DNA of 64,000 nucleotides, from the IMG/VR virus record IMGVR_UViG_3300025276_000023, positions 1-64,000 of that record, one strand, 5' to 3'. Below, piece after piece: positions 1 through 8,899 of this stretch; position 1 is the first letter of the stretch; each line of letters opens with the position of its first letter. The DNA comes from a virus. The translations under genes and the position numbers were made by a program. The notes under the pieces are model-generated. The model was not told the origin of the DNA. It made no database searches and saw only the letters and a list, made by a program, of their open reading frames with translations.

Positions 1-624
1 AGTAATCACATAGACTCACTGGACCATTACGTGGACCACATGATGATTGCCAAGCTACAATCAATAGGCTGTTACGCCGAAGATATATACGAACTGTTTA
101 TCTACATTCTTCAAAACATAGATGAACTGTATATTACCATCGACCCAGCTTCCATGGATGAAAAACGAATTGCCACTAGAGAATATGTATTGTTAGACGT
201 CTTCAAGAAAATTAACAATTTCACATATTCGGTATTCAAACCATCGCATAGAGCCTTAGATGAACGAGCAATAAGACAGAAGCTTGCTACTAACATACCA
301 CGGTCAACTACTTTAGAAGTAGAACGTCATGGTGAAGTATCAGTTGTCTCATTTGTTGGTGATAATAAAATGCTTAAATATGCAACAGCAATGGTTTCAC
401 AAGTTGAGGCTACTGCAACAGGCAAACCTAAAAAGACACTAACAGACCCAGCTAGTAGATTCCATCCTACTATCATTGGTATATGTAGTCACTTGAACCA
501 AACAAAACCAAATCCACCTGGCAAGGGTAAACTCAACCCGTGTGTGGAAATCGATGAATACAATAGTTTAAGCTATAGAAAAGAATTAAAGCCGATCTTT
601 GAAAAGATCATTAAACAGATATAA
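1..624 (+). CDS. Split multisubunit RNA polymerase beta-like subunit, C-terminal part (phiKZ gp123-like, non-virion RNAP); 5'-truncated
   Basis: Frame is open from base 1 (SNHIDSLDHYVD...). Motifs HGEVSVVSFVGDNK, SRFHPT and PKPNPPGKGKLNP resemble the C-terminus of phiKZ-family nvRNAP subunits as recalled. Position near the portal-like gene fits. Confidence 0.7.
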   Translation, partial: SNHIDSLDHYVDHMMIAKLQSIGCYAEDIYELFIYILQNIDELYITIDPASMDEKRIATREYVLLDVFKKINNFTYSVFKPSHRALDERAIRQKLATNIPRSTTLEVERHGEVSVVSFVGDNKMLKYATAMVSQVEATATGKPKKTLTDPASRFHPTIIGICSHLNQTKPNPPGKGKLNPCVEIDEYNSLSYRKELKPIFEKIIKQI

Positions 625-637
625 AGGATATGGATTA

Positions 638-2455
638 ATGCAACTCACTCAACAAGACGTAGATTACATCGTAGACTATGTAATTAAGCAGGCAGAAACA
701 CAAGACATATATAATGCCGCTTTTGATATCCTAACTAACGGAGGGAGATTTTCATCTAACCGTTGGGATAGAATGATATCTGCCATGCCTTTAGCTATTG
801 GCTATTTCATGGACGTTGAAAGAAAGACTGAAAACGCAGCATTTGATGAAGCGTTACATTACGTCTCTTACTTCTCGTCTGTTAAAATCATTATGGAAGA
901 AGTGTCTATCTCTGATTCCCTAAGTGATCAAGACTATAACGCCATGAAGATTGAGAATGAAAAACGTATTTCATTTGAAGAACTATTGATGGAATATAAA
1001 CAAGCTGGTAATTCACGTAGTACTATCATGGATAGACGCGGTGGATCAAGTTCAAGTTACGGTGTCAACGAGCGTAACGTAGGTATGGGAATGGGTATGG
1101 GAATGGGCAACAGCAGACATGTTGAACCAGCCCCAGTTAGTCAACATTCGTCTTTTGGTAAGTCTACATCTGTAGCAGCTGCAACACGTTCAAATGTCAG
1201 TAAAGTACCTGAAGGTTTATCTGAAAACTCATTCAATAAACATGCTGAGCGACGAGCACCTAGCGTTGCTCCATCTAAAGTACATCGTGCTGAATGTAAA
1301 GAACCTGAAACGGTTGAAGTAATTAAGACGAAGGAATACACAGTTGTGAGTAATGAAAACTTTAATTTAGATCTCTATCCAGATCACTTCAAATTAGCGT
1401 TCAATGATAGAGAAGTTGCTAGAAACGATTCTAAGCGACTAGATGAACATCTTGACCGTTTATTGGCTGATACAGATAAAGTTGAACCAGGAACAAGTCA
1501 AGCGGTTCTAGGTATGAAAGTTAAAGCTGAGTCTCCGGATGTTACATTTGTACCTGTAGCACCTAGTCTTAAATATTGCTTAACAAGTGTAGAGTCAACT
1601 AAACATGGTCTTACTGATTTAATGGCTGAATCAGCTGACTATAAAGATGCTCCTATTGAAATAAAAGCAGTATGTTACAAACCGGTTTATACAAGTACTA
1701 GCGATAAAGTAATGACGTTCCTAATAGATAACTCTATTGGTGATATGGCAGAAGCTAAATCGTATCGTGAACTATTTAAACTAGTATCTAACTTACGTCA
1801 ATACTCTTCAGTTGAACATGTTAATGTAAACAACCTATTAAGTCGCCTAGCTCAAATAGCGGTAGGTAAATTAATAAACAATGCAATACCTGAACAGATA
1901 ACATCAAGTGACGTAATTGCAGACTGGGAAACTATTTATGAATCAGTTCTTAAATACGTTCAAGATTCTCAGTTATCTACTAAGCACATTTCTACTAGTG
2001 CAGAAACAGTTCTACATGAAAGTAAAACTGTACTAGACGATTACTTAGCAGGTTCTTTTGAGGAAGTACGTGATTTCATGGCTTGCCTTGAAACAGAAAA
2101 CTCATTAGAAGATGAAGAAGTATCGACGATTAAAACATTGTGGGGAATTCATAAGCACGCAGAATCAATCTGGCAGTCAAACACAGCAGCGATGTTGTAC
2201 CTACCGATATCTGCAAATGACTTAGGTCTGTATGTGAATAACCGTGAAACGTTTGATCTTCACCAAAGTAAAGCTGAAACATTATTTAGCATTATCGACA
2301 TGTTCGCATTGCGTACTACTAAATATGAAGATAAGTTCAATCCAGACTTTATCTTCATTAGCTTTTCTGAAAAAGATATTTACCGCATAGCACGAATTAA
2401 TATAAGTGCGACTGAATACTTTTACCGTCTAGTGTTAACTACAGATATTATCTAA
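638..2455 (+). CDS. Jumbo-phage hypothetical protein with low-complexity G/M/S-rich linker
   Basis: Long ORF. AAGGA lies upstream of ATG 638, preferred over the track start at 599. Contains a GMGMGMGMG tract. Confidence 0.8.
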   Translation: MQLTQQDVDYIVDYVIKQAETQDIYNAAFDILTNGGRFSSNRWDRMISAMPLAIGYFMDVERKTENAAFDEALHYVSYFSSVKIIMEEVSISDSLSDQDYNAMKIENEKRISFEELLMEYKQAGNSRSTIMDRRGGSSSSYGVNERNVGMGMGMGMGNSRHVEPAPVSQHSSFGKSTSVAAATRSNVSKVPEGLSENSFNKHAERRAPSVAPSKVHRAECKEPETVEVIKTKEYTVVSNENFNLDLYPDHFKLAFNDREVARNDSKRLDEHLDRLLADTDKVEPGTSQAVLGMKVKAESPDVTFVPVAPSLKYCLTSVESTKHGLTDLMAESADYKDAPIEIKAVCYKPVYTSTSDKVMTFLIDNSIGDMAEAKSYRELFKLVSNLRQYSSVEHVNVNNLLSRLAQIAVGKLINNAIPEQITSSDVIADWETIYESVLKYVQDSQLSTKHISTSAETVLHESKTVLDDYLAGSFEEVRDFMACLETENSLEDEEVSTIKTLWGIHKHAESIWQSNTAAMLYLPISANDLGLYVNNRETFDLHQSKAETLFSIIDMFALRTTKYEDKFNPDFIFISFSEKDIYRIARINISATEYFYRLVLTTDII

Positions 2456-2463
2456 ACTAATTT

Positions 2464-2500
2464 GTACAGAGACTTCGGTCTCTGTACTTATTTCTTTTTT
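2464..2500 (+). terminator. Intrinsic terminator
   Basis: GTACAGAGAC-TTCG-GTCTCTGTAC perfect 10-bp stem followed by a T-rich tract. Confidence 0.9.
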
Positions 2501-2538
2501 TTTGAATTGTATGATGAATTAACATAAAGGTTTCTAAG

Positions 2539-3441
2539 ATGATTAATATACCACGTGCTAAACGCGCTTTACAGGAAAGTTTCGAAAGCGCAATAGAAGA
2601 AGCTCAAGACACTACCGAACAGCAAGAAATAGAATATGAGATCTACGGTCGTTATGTAAATTTAAACGACATTGTCTCTAAGTCAAATGGTCTTGAATTT
2701 CAAGAGCAATATAACATACAGCAAGAGAACGGTTCATTGCGCGTACGTTACGTTAAACAAGAAGATGAAGAAGCATTCATAATGACGTCTAAACGTTACG
2801 ATGGTCCTGAGTCAGACTTAGGTGTTCCGGAAGTTAACATCCCAGTTAATGAAGGTATGTTCAATCACTTTAAAGCGATGGCTGTCAATGGAATGATAAA
2901 GAATCGTTACTTTGTTCCTATTGGTCATCAGCTATTGACTAGTGGTGAAAAAGTTGACATTCAATGGGAAGTTGATGTTTTCTTAGACGGTAAAGGCGAG
3001 CCTACAGGTTGGGTTAAAATAGATCTTCCAGTACTTGAAGAACTGAAAGAACTACCTGAATTGCCATTCGAACTAGAAGACAAGTTAATATTACCTCTCA
3101 AGTTCGCTGACAGGTCTCCTGAGGACAAAGCTAAGGTTCGTAAGATAATCGATAGCGTTGTTGTTAAAGGCGCTGAGGTTAGCTTAGAGAGCGGGGACAT
3201 GATGGCTTACAAACGAACAGAGCAAAACATCAATGATGGTGAATTTGTTACTGGTATGGAAATGGAATTTGAATCAGACCGTTACACTGACAAAGGTCCA
3301 TGTACTGCTACCTATATTGACAATGAAAAATCTTCTTTCCAATTCCAAGTGGGTGAAGATGAGTTTGAAGTTGATATCGATTTAGCAGATGTGTCTCTAG
3401 TTAAATCAAAAGATGGTAAAAACCTAATAATGGTTTCTTAA
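2539..3441 (+). CDS. CYTH/triphosphate-tunnel-fold protein with extra C-terminal domain; possible virion head protein
   Basis: Strands EIEYE, LRVRY, MTSKRY, IKNRY, WEVDVF and WVKIDL occur in CYTH order. S-x-E motifs (SFE, SLE) flank the domain. Confidence 0.65.
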   Translation: MINIPRAKRALQESFESAIEEAQDTTEQQEIEYEIYGRYVNLNDIVSKSNGLEFQEQYNIQQENGSLRVRYVKQEDEEAFIMTSKRYDGPESDLGVPEVNIPVNEGMFNHFKAMAVNGMIKNRYFVPIGHQLLTSGEKVDIQWEVDVFLDGKGEPTGWVKIDLPVLEELKELPELPFELEDKLILPLKFADRSPEDKAKVRKIIDSVVVKGAEVSLESGDMMAYKRTEQNINDGEFVTGMEMEFESDRYTDKGPCTATYIDNEKSSFQFQVGEDEFEVDIDLADVSLVKSKDGKNLIMVS

Positions 3442-3445
3442 CATG

Positions 3446-3478
3446 CATAAGGGAAGGGACTAAGTCCCTTCCTCTATG
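3446..3478. terminator. Bidirectional terminator between convergent genes
   Basis: CATAAGGGAAGGGAC-TAA-GTCCCTTCCTCTATG. Confidence 0.8.
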
Positions 3479-3479
3479 T

Positions 3480-5993
3480 TTAGTATTCCTGCGTGTCTTC
3501 TTCCTCAGGTTCTTCCCCATCGGTTTTACCCAATGAAGCATTGCGCTTAGCAGTGTCTTTAATGAAGTTATACAATGCAGATTCTAAACCAGTCTGACTA
3601 GTGAACTGATGTTCTAGATCTTTAAGTACGTCTGCATCGGATACAGATACAAGTTCTATAAGTTCTGGGAACACGTTATTCTTAGTCATGTACTGACGGA
3701 TTAGATAACCGCTTGCCATATCACGAATGGTATCAGCATAGTCACGAGAGTCTTCGCCTAACATAAGTACAATACGGTCATTGGTTAATAGTTTCTCAAC
3801 CACGGTTTCAACTGCTTGACTGTAAGATTCAAACAACTGAATCTGATTGCTTACTTTAGTTTCTTCTGGCGATGGTAGCTTACAACGAACCTTATCTAAG
3901 AAGTCTAGATAAAGAGACATTGTATTCTCTTTCGTTTTATCGTCTGCTTCTGTTTCTTCTTTAGTATCAAGCTTACGCTGTGTTGTTTCTTGATAATCGT
4001 CTACTAATTTAGAATCAGTAACAACATCGTGATTGGCAATGATTGTTAATAGCTCAGATGTTAATTTACCAGAGTTAATAACGTACTTAACAGAACTGTC
4101 AGTAATAGCTTCATTAGATATCTTCTGATACCCTTTAATTGTTTTACTGAACATTAAGTTACGGTTAGCTGCCTCTAATGCAAAGTCAACTGTACTGCCT
4201 GTATTGACAAGCTCTGGTATAAGTGTAAGACCTGCTGTTAAACGATCACTTACTGATTGCTCATACTCACGGTCAACTAATTGTTTCTCAGAACGTACCT
4301 CATTAGATTCAACTGTTGTATCATTGTACTCAGGATGACCAGTAACACTTATCTGTATAGCAGACATTAACATTGAGTTAACGATGCTCATTGGATTCGT
4401 ATCAGAGAACGGATAACCATTAGATAGACCTACGCCTATATTGGTCATTATCTGTTCCATTGTCTTATCTGGATTTTCATCTGTTGGATCAAAGTTGATC
4501 TTATATTCTTTACGAGGAACAGCGTTATTCATGTTAGCCATCGCATTAGAGAATACAATAACAGATTTAAGACTACTTAACATCTTATTCTTTTCTAACA
4601 ATGAAATGCCAACACCAATTTCATTATAGTTATAAGCAAGATAAGTCATTAACTGACTTGGTATATAAAGTATCTCAGTATTCGCATTTTGAAGAGTACG
4701 TGTAAACATGATACGGTAGAAATCATTCGTATCGCCTAGTTCAACGTTCTTATCGTAAAGACCATCGCGTAACTTACTAAGCGTATCATCTTCAACTGTT
4801 CGACTGAATTGAGTATATAGCTGGTCTACTGTACGTTCGCTTATTTCACCTTCTACAGCTTTACCAAACATCTGTTGATGAACACTGCTAATGGTTGCAG
4901 AGTTCTGAGAATGGTTCTTACGCATAGCTTCAAAATAATTACTACCACGGCTACGAGAAATTGGATTCTTATTCTCATCTAGAAGAACCAAGTAACCAAC
5001 TGCATTTTCTGGATCACCTGGATTAACTACCGGTGCTACAGATTCAGGAGGCAGGTACATATGTAAAGGATGTCCGATATTAGGACGGTCAGTTTGATCG
5101 GTTGCCTTTATCTTAACGAACTGACTTTTACCATGTGTACGACGAGCATGGAACATGGCTGCTAAATCAGATTTACTTATCTGACTTTCTTTACCGTCTG
5201 TCTTGCCAAACGATAATTTACTACCATCTTCAAAACTAGAGGAGATGTGAGACGCTGTATCATGTTCACGCTTCATTATGTTAAAGTTACCGACCTTTAA
5301 CTTATTAACGTCGCAGGTAATGTTAATGGTACCAACAGAGATTTTAGAATCTGCTTTACTTTTGAAACCCAACGATATATCAGATTCAAGACTGGCCGAT
5401 AGTCTATTGTTGTTTTTACCTTTAATTTTAGATACTTGATTAATGTAAGTTTCTTTACGTTTAAGTAAGTTCTTATCTATCTCATTTTCGGCACTTTCAA
5501 AAGAGAACTTCAATGGGTTATGCGATGGACCGTTTATCAAATCATCTAAGCTAGATTCCGGTATAACACAGATTGGAAACGAACCTTGAGTAAACAACGC
5601 TTTATATATCCAATCGTTTATCTTATCTTCAAGCTTATACTCATCTCTGAAAAATTTACGAACATGCTCAATTAATTTATTCGTTAACTCAGCATCTCCA
5701 ATGATATCTTCTGTTGTCCAGAATAGTTCAGTTGAAGTTAGATCGTTAGGCGATATTATGCAAGAGGTAAGTATTTTACCGGCTAATTCTAACTCTGGAT
5801 TTACTTCAAGAACATTTTTACTATCGTCCTGAGCCTGTCTGTTCTTATCGATAATGGTTCGGATAGAAGAAAAATCTGGATGTCTTCTTTGCGAGGTGCT
5901 TCTAGATGAAGTTACTAGCTTAGTGGCAGCCGCCATAGCGTCTCCACTACGGACTAATATATTGTTAGAAGCAACGGGGGCACGTTTAATCAT
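3480..5993 (-). CDS. Putative portal protein (phiKZ gp129-like)
   Basis: 837 aa, on the opposite strand near the RNAP subunit. Motifs ILTSCIISPND, GHPLHMYLPPESVAPV and VGYLVLLDE match phiKZ-family portals from memory. Internal SFE/SLE processing-like motifs. Confidence 0.65.
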   Translation of the reverse strand: MIKRAPVASNNILVRSGDAMAAATKLVTSSRSTSQRRHPDFSSIRTIIDKNRQAQDDSKNVLEVNPELELAGKILTSCIISPNDLTSTELFWTTEDIIGDAELTNKLIEHVRKFFRDEYKLEDKINDWIYKALFTQGSFPICVIPESSLDDLINGPSHNPLKFSFESAENEIDKNLLKRKETYINQVSKIKGKNNNRLSASLESDISLGFKSKADSKISVGTINITCDVNKLKVGNFNIMKREHDTASHISSSFEDGSKLSFGKTDGKESQISKSDLAAMFHARRTHGKSQFVKIKATDQTDRPNIGHPLHMYLPPESVAPVVNPGDPENAVGYLVLLDENKNPISRSRGSNYFEAMRKNHSQNSATISSVHQQMFGKAVEGEISERTVDQLYTQFSRTVEDDTLSKLRDGLYDKNVELGDTNDFYRIMFTRTLQNANTEILYIPSQLMTYLAYNYNEIGVGISLLEKNKMLSSLKSVIVFSNAMANMNNAVPRKEYKINFDPTDENPDKTMEQIMTNIGVGLSNGYPFSDTNPMSIVNSMLMSAIQISVTGHPEYNDTTVESNEVRSEKQLVDREYEQSVSDRLTAGLTLIPELVNTGSTVDFALEAANRNLMFSKTIKGYQKISNEAITDSSVKYVINSGKLTSELLTIIANHDVVTDSKLVDDYQETTQRKLDTKEETEADDKTKENTMSLYLDFLDKVRCKLPSPEETKVSNQIQLFESYSQAVETVVEKLLTNDRIVLMLGEDSRDYADTIRDMASGYLIRQYMTKNNVFPELIELVSVSDADVLKDLEHQFTSQTGLESALYNFIKDTAKRNASLGKTDGEEPEEEDTQEY

Positions 5994-6022
5994 TATTCAA
6001 TTCCTTAATTCCCGAGGTAAGT

Positions 6023-8065
6023 ATGTTTAAAAATTTCATGAGTTCGGTTTATGCTTTAGCGGGCTCTATGGTCATAAAAGATCATAACTTTGCTGAGGTC
6101 ATTGAGAACTCTATAATATCAAGTAAAATTAGGCTGGGTCTAGAAATGAACCCTAGTCATAGTAAATGGAAGTATTATCTAAATATATCTGGTGAGTACC
6201 ATCCTACCGACGAAGTCATGAAGATTATCTCACTTGACACGCTGGAGGAGATCGACTTCACTAAAGCAAACATGGTTATTCATAGGTCGACTAAAAAAGG
6301 TTATGCGACAGAAGGAAAGTACACGAAAGAACTTCTGGAGCGTTATCCAAATAATCATCTATTAGTTAAAAGTATCTTAAACCCAGTCGATATAGACATT
6401 GCAATATCCGCACCTAATTACACCATAATGCAATGGGATGCAAATGAAGTAGAAATACAGGAAGTTAGTTTAATAGGTGAGATACAAGAACGAATAGATA
6501 TCTTAGTCGATAACTGGTTCAATGCAGAATTTAAAATATTCGATGCAGGTTATGCCCAAGGTTTCTATAAACAGTTAATAGCCATGTTACCTTTATTCAT
6601 AATTCAATGTCGTGAAGTCAATGAGTTTACTTATAAAGTACATAGTTATTACCTGTGGTCGTATTTAGAAACGAAAGCTGGGTTATATAAATACAAGAAC
6701 TATTTGAACTTTCAACAGGCTAACTGGTTATATAGAAATATTAATTTCATTTTAACCAACTTAGGAAAGCAAGAGGTCTTAGATGAACTCATACGTATCC
6801 TACTGACCGATAAGAACATTCCGATAGGAAAGTACTTAACAGATCATTTAACAGAAGAGATGGATGCACAGCTCTCTCTGAAGCCAAAGGCAATTGTTAA
6901 AAAAGTACCGCTTAACTTACTCGATTTTGTTGGTAAAGAAGCGAAAGATAATAGTATCAGCTATTTGCTGAAAAAAGAAATATCGTTAGCTAGAAGTAAT
7001 GGCGATGATCTAGACGCAGTCACATCTGAAACAGAAGAACTGCTGGCGGGTTATATAGGTGCTCCTCTTAAAGTGCTTGAAACCGATGTACTGAGCTCTA
7101 ATGAAAATGCAATCTATTCATTAGAAGAAACACTTATCTATCACTGGGCTTTCTATAGTGACCAGAACATCTATCTATCAAGGTTCTTTATTAGAAATGG
7201 TAAGACAGGTGGAATGATGACCATGGATGCTAAAGAAGCATTTGTCCTTTACAGTTATCTTATCGCACTTAAATCAGGTCGTAAGCCAACTACCTTTCCA
7301 CACATTGAACTTAGAGACGTTGTTAATCCTTATTTCGATAAAGATTTACCAACCTACCTATTTGGAGAGGAGATCGATTCTAAGTACATAGATCTCTTTA
7401 ATGATACATATCCTCAAGTAACTGACTTTATCAGCTCTGAATCGTTCAGAGAAGCGTGTGTTGAATATCACCAATGGCTTGTATTGATGAACGCAGCAGT
7501 TGAGTTCCCGGAGAACCATATCGTTAGAAATAGATACGACGAATACATGCATCGTAGATTATTAAACGGTATTTTAGATATGTCAATTGGCAGTTATACT
7601 AACATTCAGAACTGGATAATTGGTAATAACTGGGATTTAGAAGATCTTGACTTTGCCTCTATAGAAGCAACTCTTCTAGAGATAGAGACTAAAGTACTTG
7701 CTATCGATAGCGGGATTGTAGATTCGGCTACTATACAGAAGAAGATGACTCAGTTACTTGATGAACTAACTAGTTACAATATCCAGATAATAAGTTCTGG
7801 CAACCTCGAAGACGCTAGGTTAAACCAAACTGTCGTTCCAGAGATTGGTAAGTACTGTGTTAAACAACATCATTTAATGTACTCAGAAACATCTTTAAAT
7901 ACATTCAAGTTGATTAAGAAGAGTACCATTAAGAGATCGGTTGAACTAGATCCAGGACAGTCGGACGTTTCAACTCACTCCACTTTCAATGCAGCCGTAG
8001 AGCTAGACATCAGTCCGGCAACGGTCAGTCTAGTATCTAATTTATCTAGCGTTGATATATTTTAA
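6023..8065 (+). CDS. Virion structural protein (phiKZ gp128-like, baseplate-associated)
   Basis: Divergent from the portal-like gene. WKYYLNISGEYHPTD, SLDTLEEIDFT and WLYRNI motifs as in the conserved phiKZ-family virion protein. Confidence 0.6.
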   Translation: MFKNFMSSVYALAGSMVIKDHNFAEVIENSIISSKIRLGLEMNPSHSKWKYYLNISGEYHPTDEVMKIISLDTLEEIDFTKANMVIHRSTKKGYATEGKYTKELLERYPNNHLLVKSILNPVDIDIAISAPNYTIMQWDANEVEIQEVSLIGEIQERIDILVDNWFNAEFKIFDAGYAQGFYKQLIAMLPLFIIQCREVNEFTYKVHSYYLWSYLETKAGLYKYKNYLNFQQANWLYRNINFILTNLGKQEVLDELIRILLTDKNIPIGKYLTDHLTEEMDAQLSLKPKAIVKKVPLNLLDFVGKEAKDNSISYLLKKEISLARSNGDDLDAVTSETEELLAGYIGAPLKVLETDVLSSNENAIYSLEETLIYHWAFYSDQNIYLSRFFIRNGKTGGMMTMDAKEAFVLYSYLIALKSGRKPTTFPHIELRDVVNPYFDKDLPTYLFGEEIDSKYIDLFNDTYPQVTDFISSESFREACVEYHQWLVLMNAAVEFPENHIVRNRYDEYMHRRLLNGILDMSIGSYTNIQNWIIGNNWDLEDLDFASIEATLLEIETKVLAIDSGIVDSATIQKKMTQLLDELTSYNIQIISSGNLEDARLNQTVVPEIGKYCVKQHHLMYSETSLNTFKLIKKSTIKRSVELDPGQSDVSTHSTFNAAVELDISPATVSLVSNLSSVDIF

Positions 8066-8074
8066 GGTAGGATA

Positions 8075-8818
8075 ATGAATAAACTTTTATCTAAATTTAA
8101 GAAAGCACTATTAGATTTAACTTCTGAGAATATCAATGACTTCGAGTTTAACTTTTTTCACAAGGTACATCAGCCAGAGTACATCTTTGCCAAAGCAACT
8201 AACAGATATAGAACATCGGAAGAATATGTTTTAAAAGTCGAGAAGCTCAACTTGACTACATATAGCAATCTAGTTAGTTGTTGCATTTCTAAACGAGTCA
8301 CATACAACATCAACGCACTTCGTGAATTGAATGATCAATATGAACTCTCTATTTTAGAATCGGACGTAGTCCCTCAAAGAGTCGAGGGCGATGAATTTGA
8401 ATTAGTGGCTAAGGCAGATTCACCTTTCTATTACGGTACTCTAAAATGTTCTATACGCTGTCCTAGACAAGACCTGATAGGTTTCTTTGATAATAAGACA
8501 GAGATCCGTTACAAGGCACCTGACGGACTCGATGTTAAACATATGTTAAGACATCTAACGTTTACTTATATGTCAGATTTCCTAGAAGGTTTGGAAGTAG
8601 GTAAAGGTGTAGATAATAGAACATTAGATCTCTTACTGAGACGCTTACCTAATTTCAATGTGTCTGAAAAAACCTGCGTCAATAACTTAAAAGGATCTGT
8701 TGTGGTCTCTAATATCGCATGTGAACTATCGTTTACTAAAGCTACTAGAGTACTGAAACTAGGGTTAAATAAAAAGTTATGTTCTAACTTAAAGGGCATA
8801 ATAGAGATTTATTATTAA
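8075..8818 (+). CDS. Virion/tail protein with 'K-L-N-L...LNDQYELSI...ADSPFYYG' adaptor-type domain
   Basis: Shares a domain pattern with 19660..20175 and 23547..24149; lies in a structural operon. Confidence 0.5.
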   Translation: MNKLLSKFKKALLDLTSENINDFEFNFFHKVHQPEYIFAKATNRYRTSEEYVLKVEKLNLTTYSNLVSCCISKRVTYNINALRELNDQYELSILESDVVPQRVEGDEFELVAKADSPFYYGTLKCSIRCPRQDLIGFFDNKTEIRYKAPDGLDVKHMLRHLTFTYMSDFLEGLEVGKGVDNRTLDLLLRRLPNFNVSEKTCVNNLKGSVVVSNIACELSFTKATRVLKLGLNKKLCSNLKGIIEIYY

Positions 8819-8828
8819 TAGTAACATA

Positions 8829-8860
8829 GGAGGACCCTATAGGGTCCTCCTTTATTTTTT
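8829..8860 (+). terminator. Intrinsic terminator
   Basis: GGAGGACCCT-AT-AGGGTCCTCC followed by TTTATTTTTT. Confidence 0.85.
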
Positions 8861-8869
8861 AGCCAGTCT

Positions 8870-8879
8870 ATCGTATGAA
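8870..8879 (+). promoter_or_regulatory. Putative late promoter (TATG core)
   Basis: ATCGTATGAA precedes a structural operon, with an identical copy at 37262. phiKZ late promoters have a TATG core. Confidence 0.45.
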
Positions 8880-8899
8880 TAGATTTTGAGGAGTATTAA

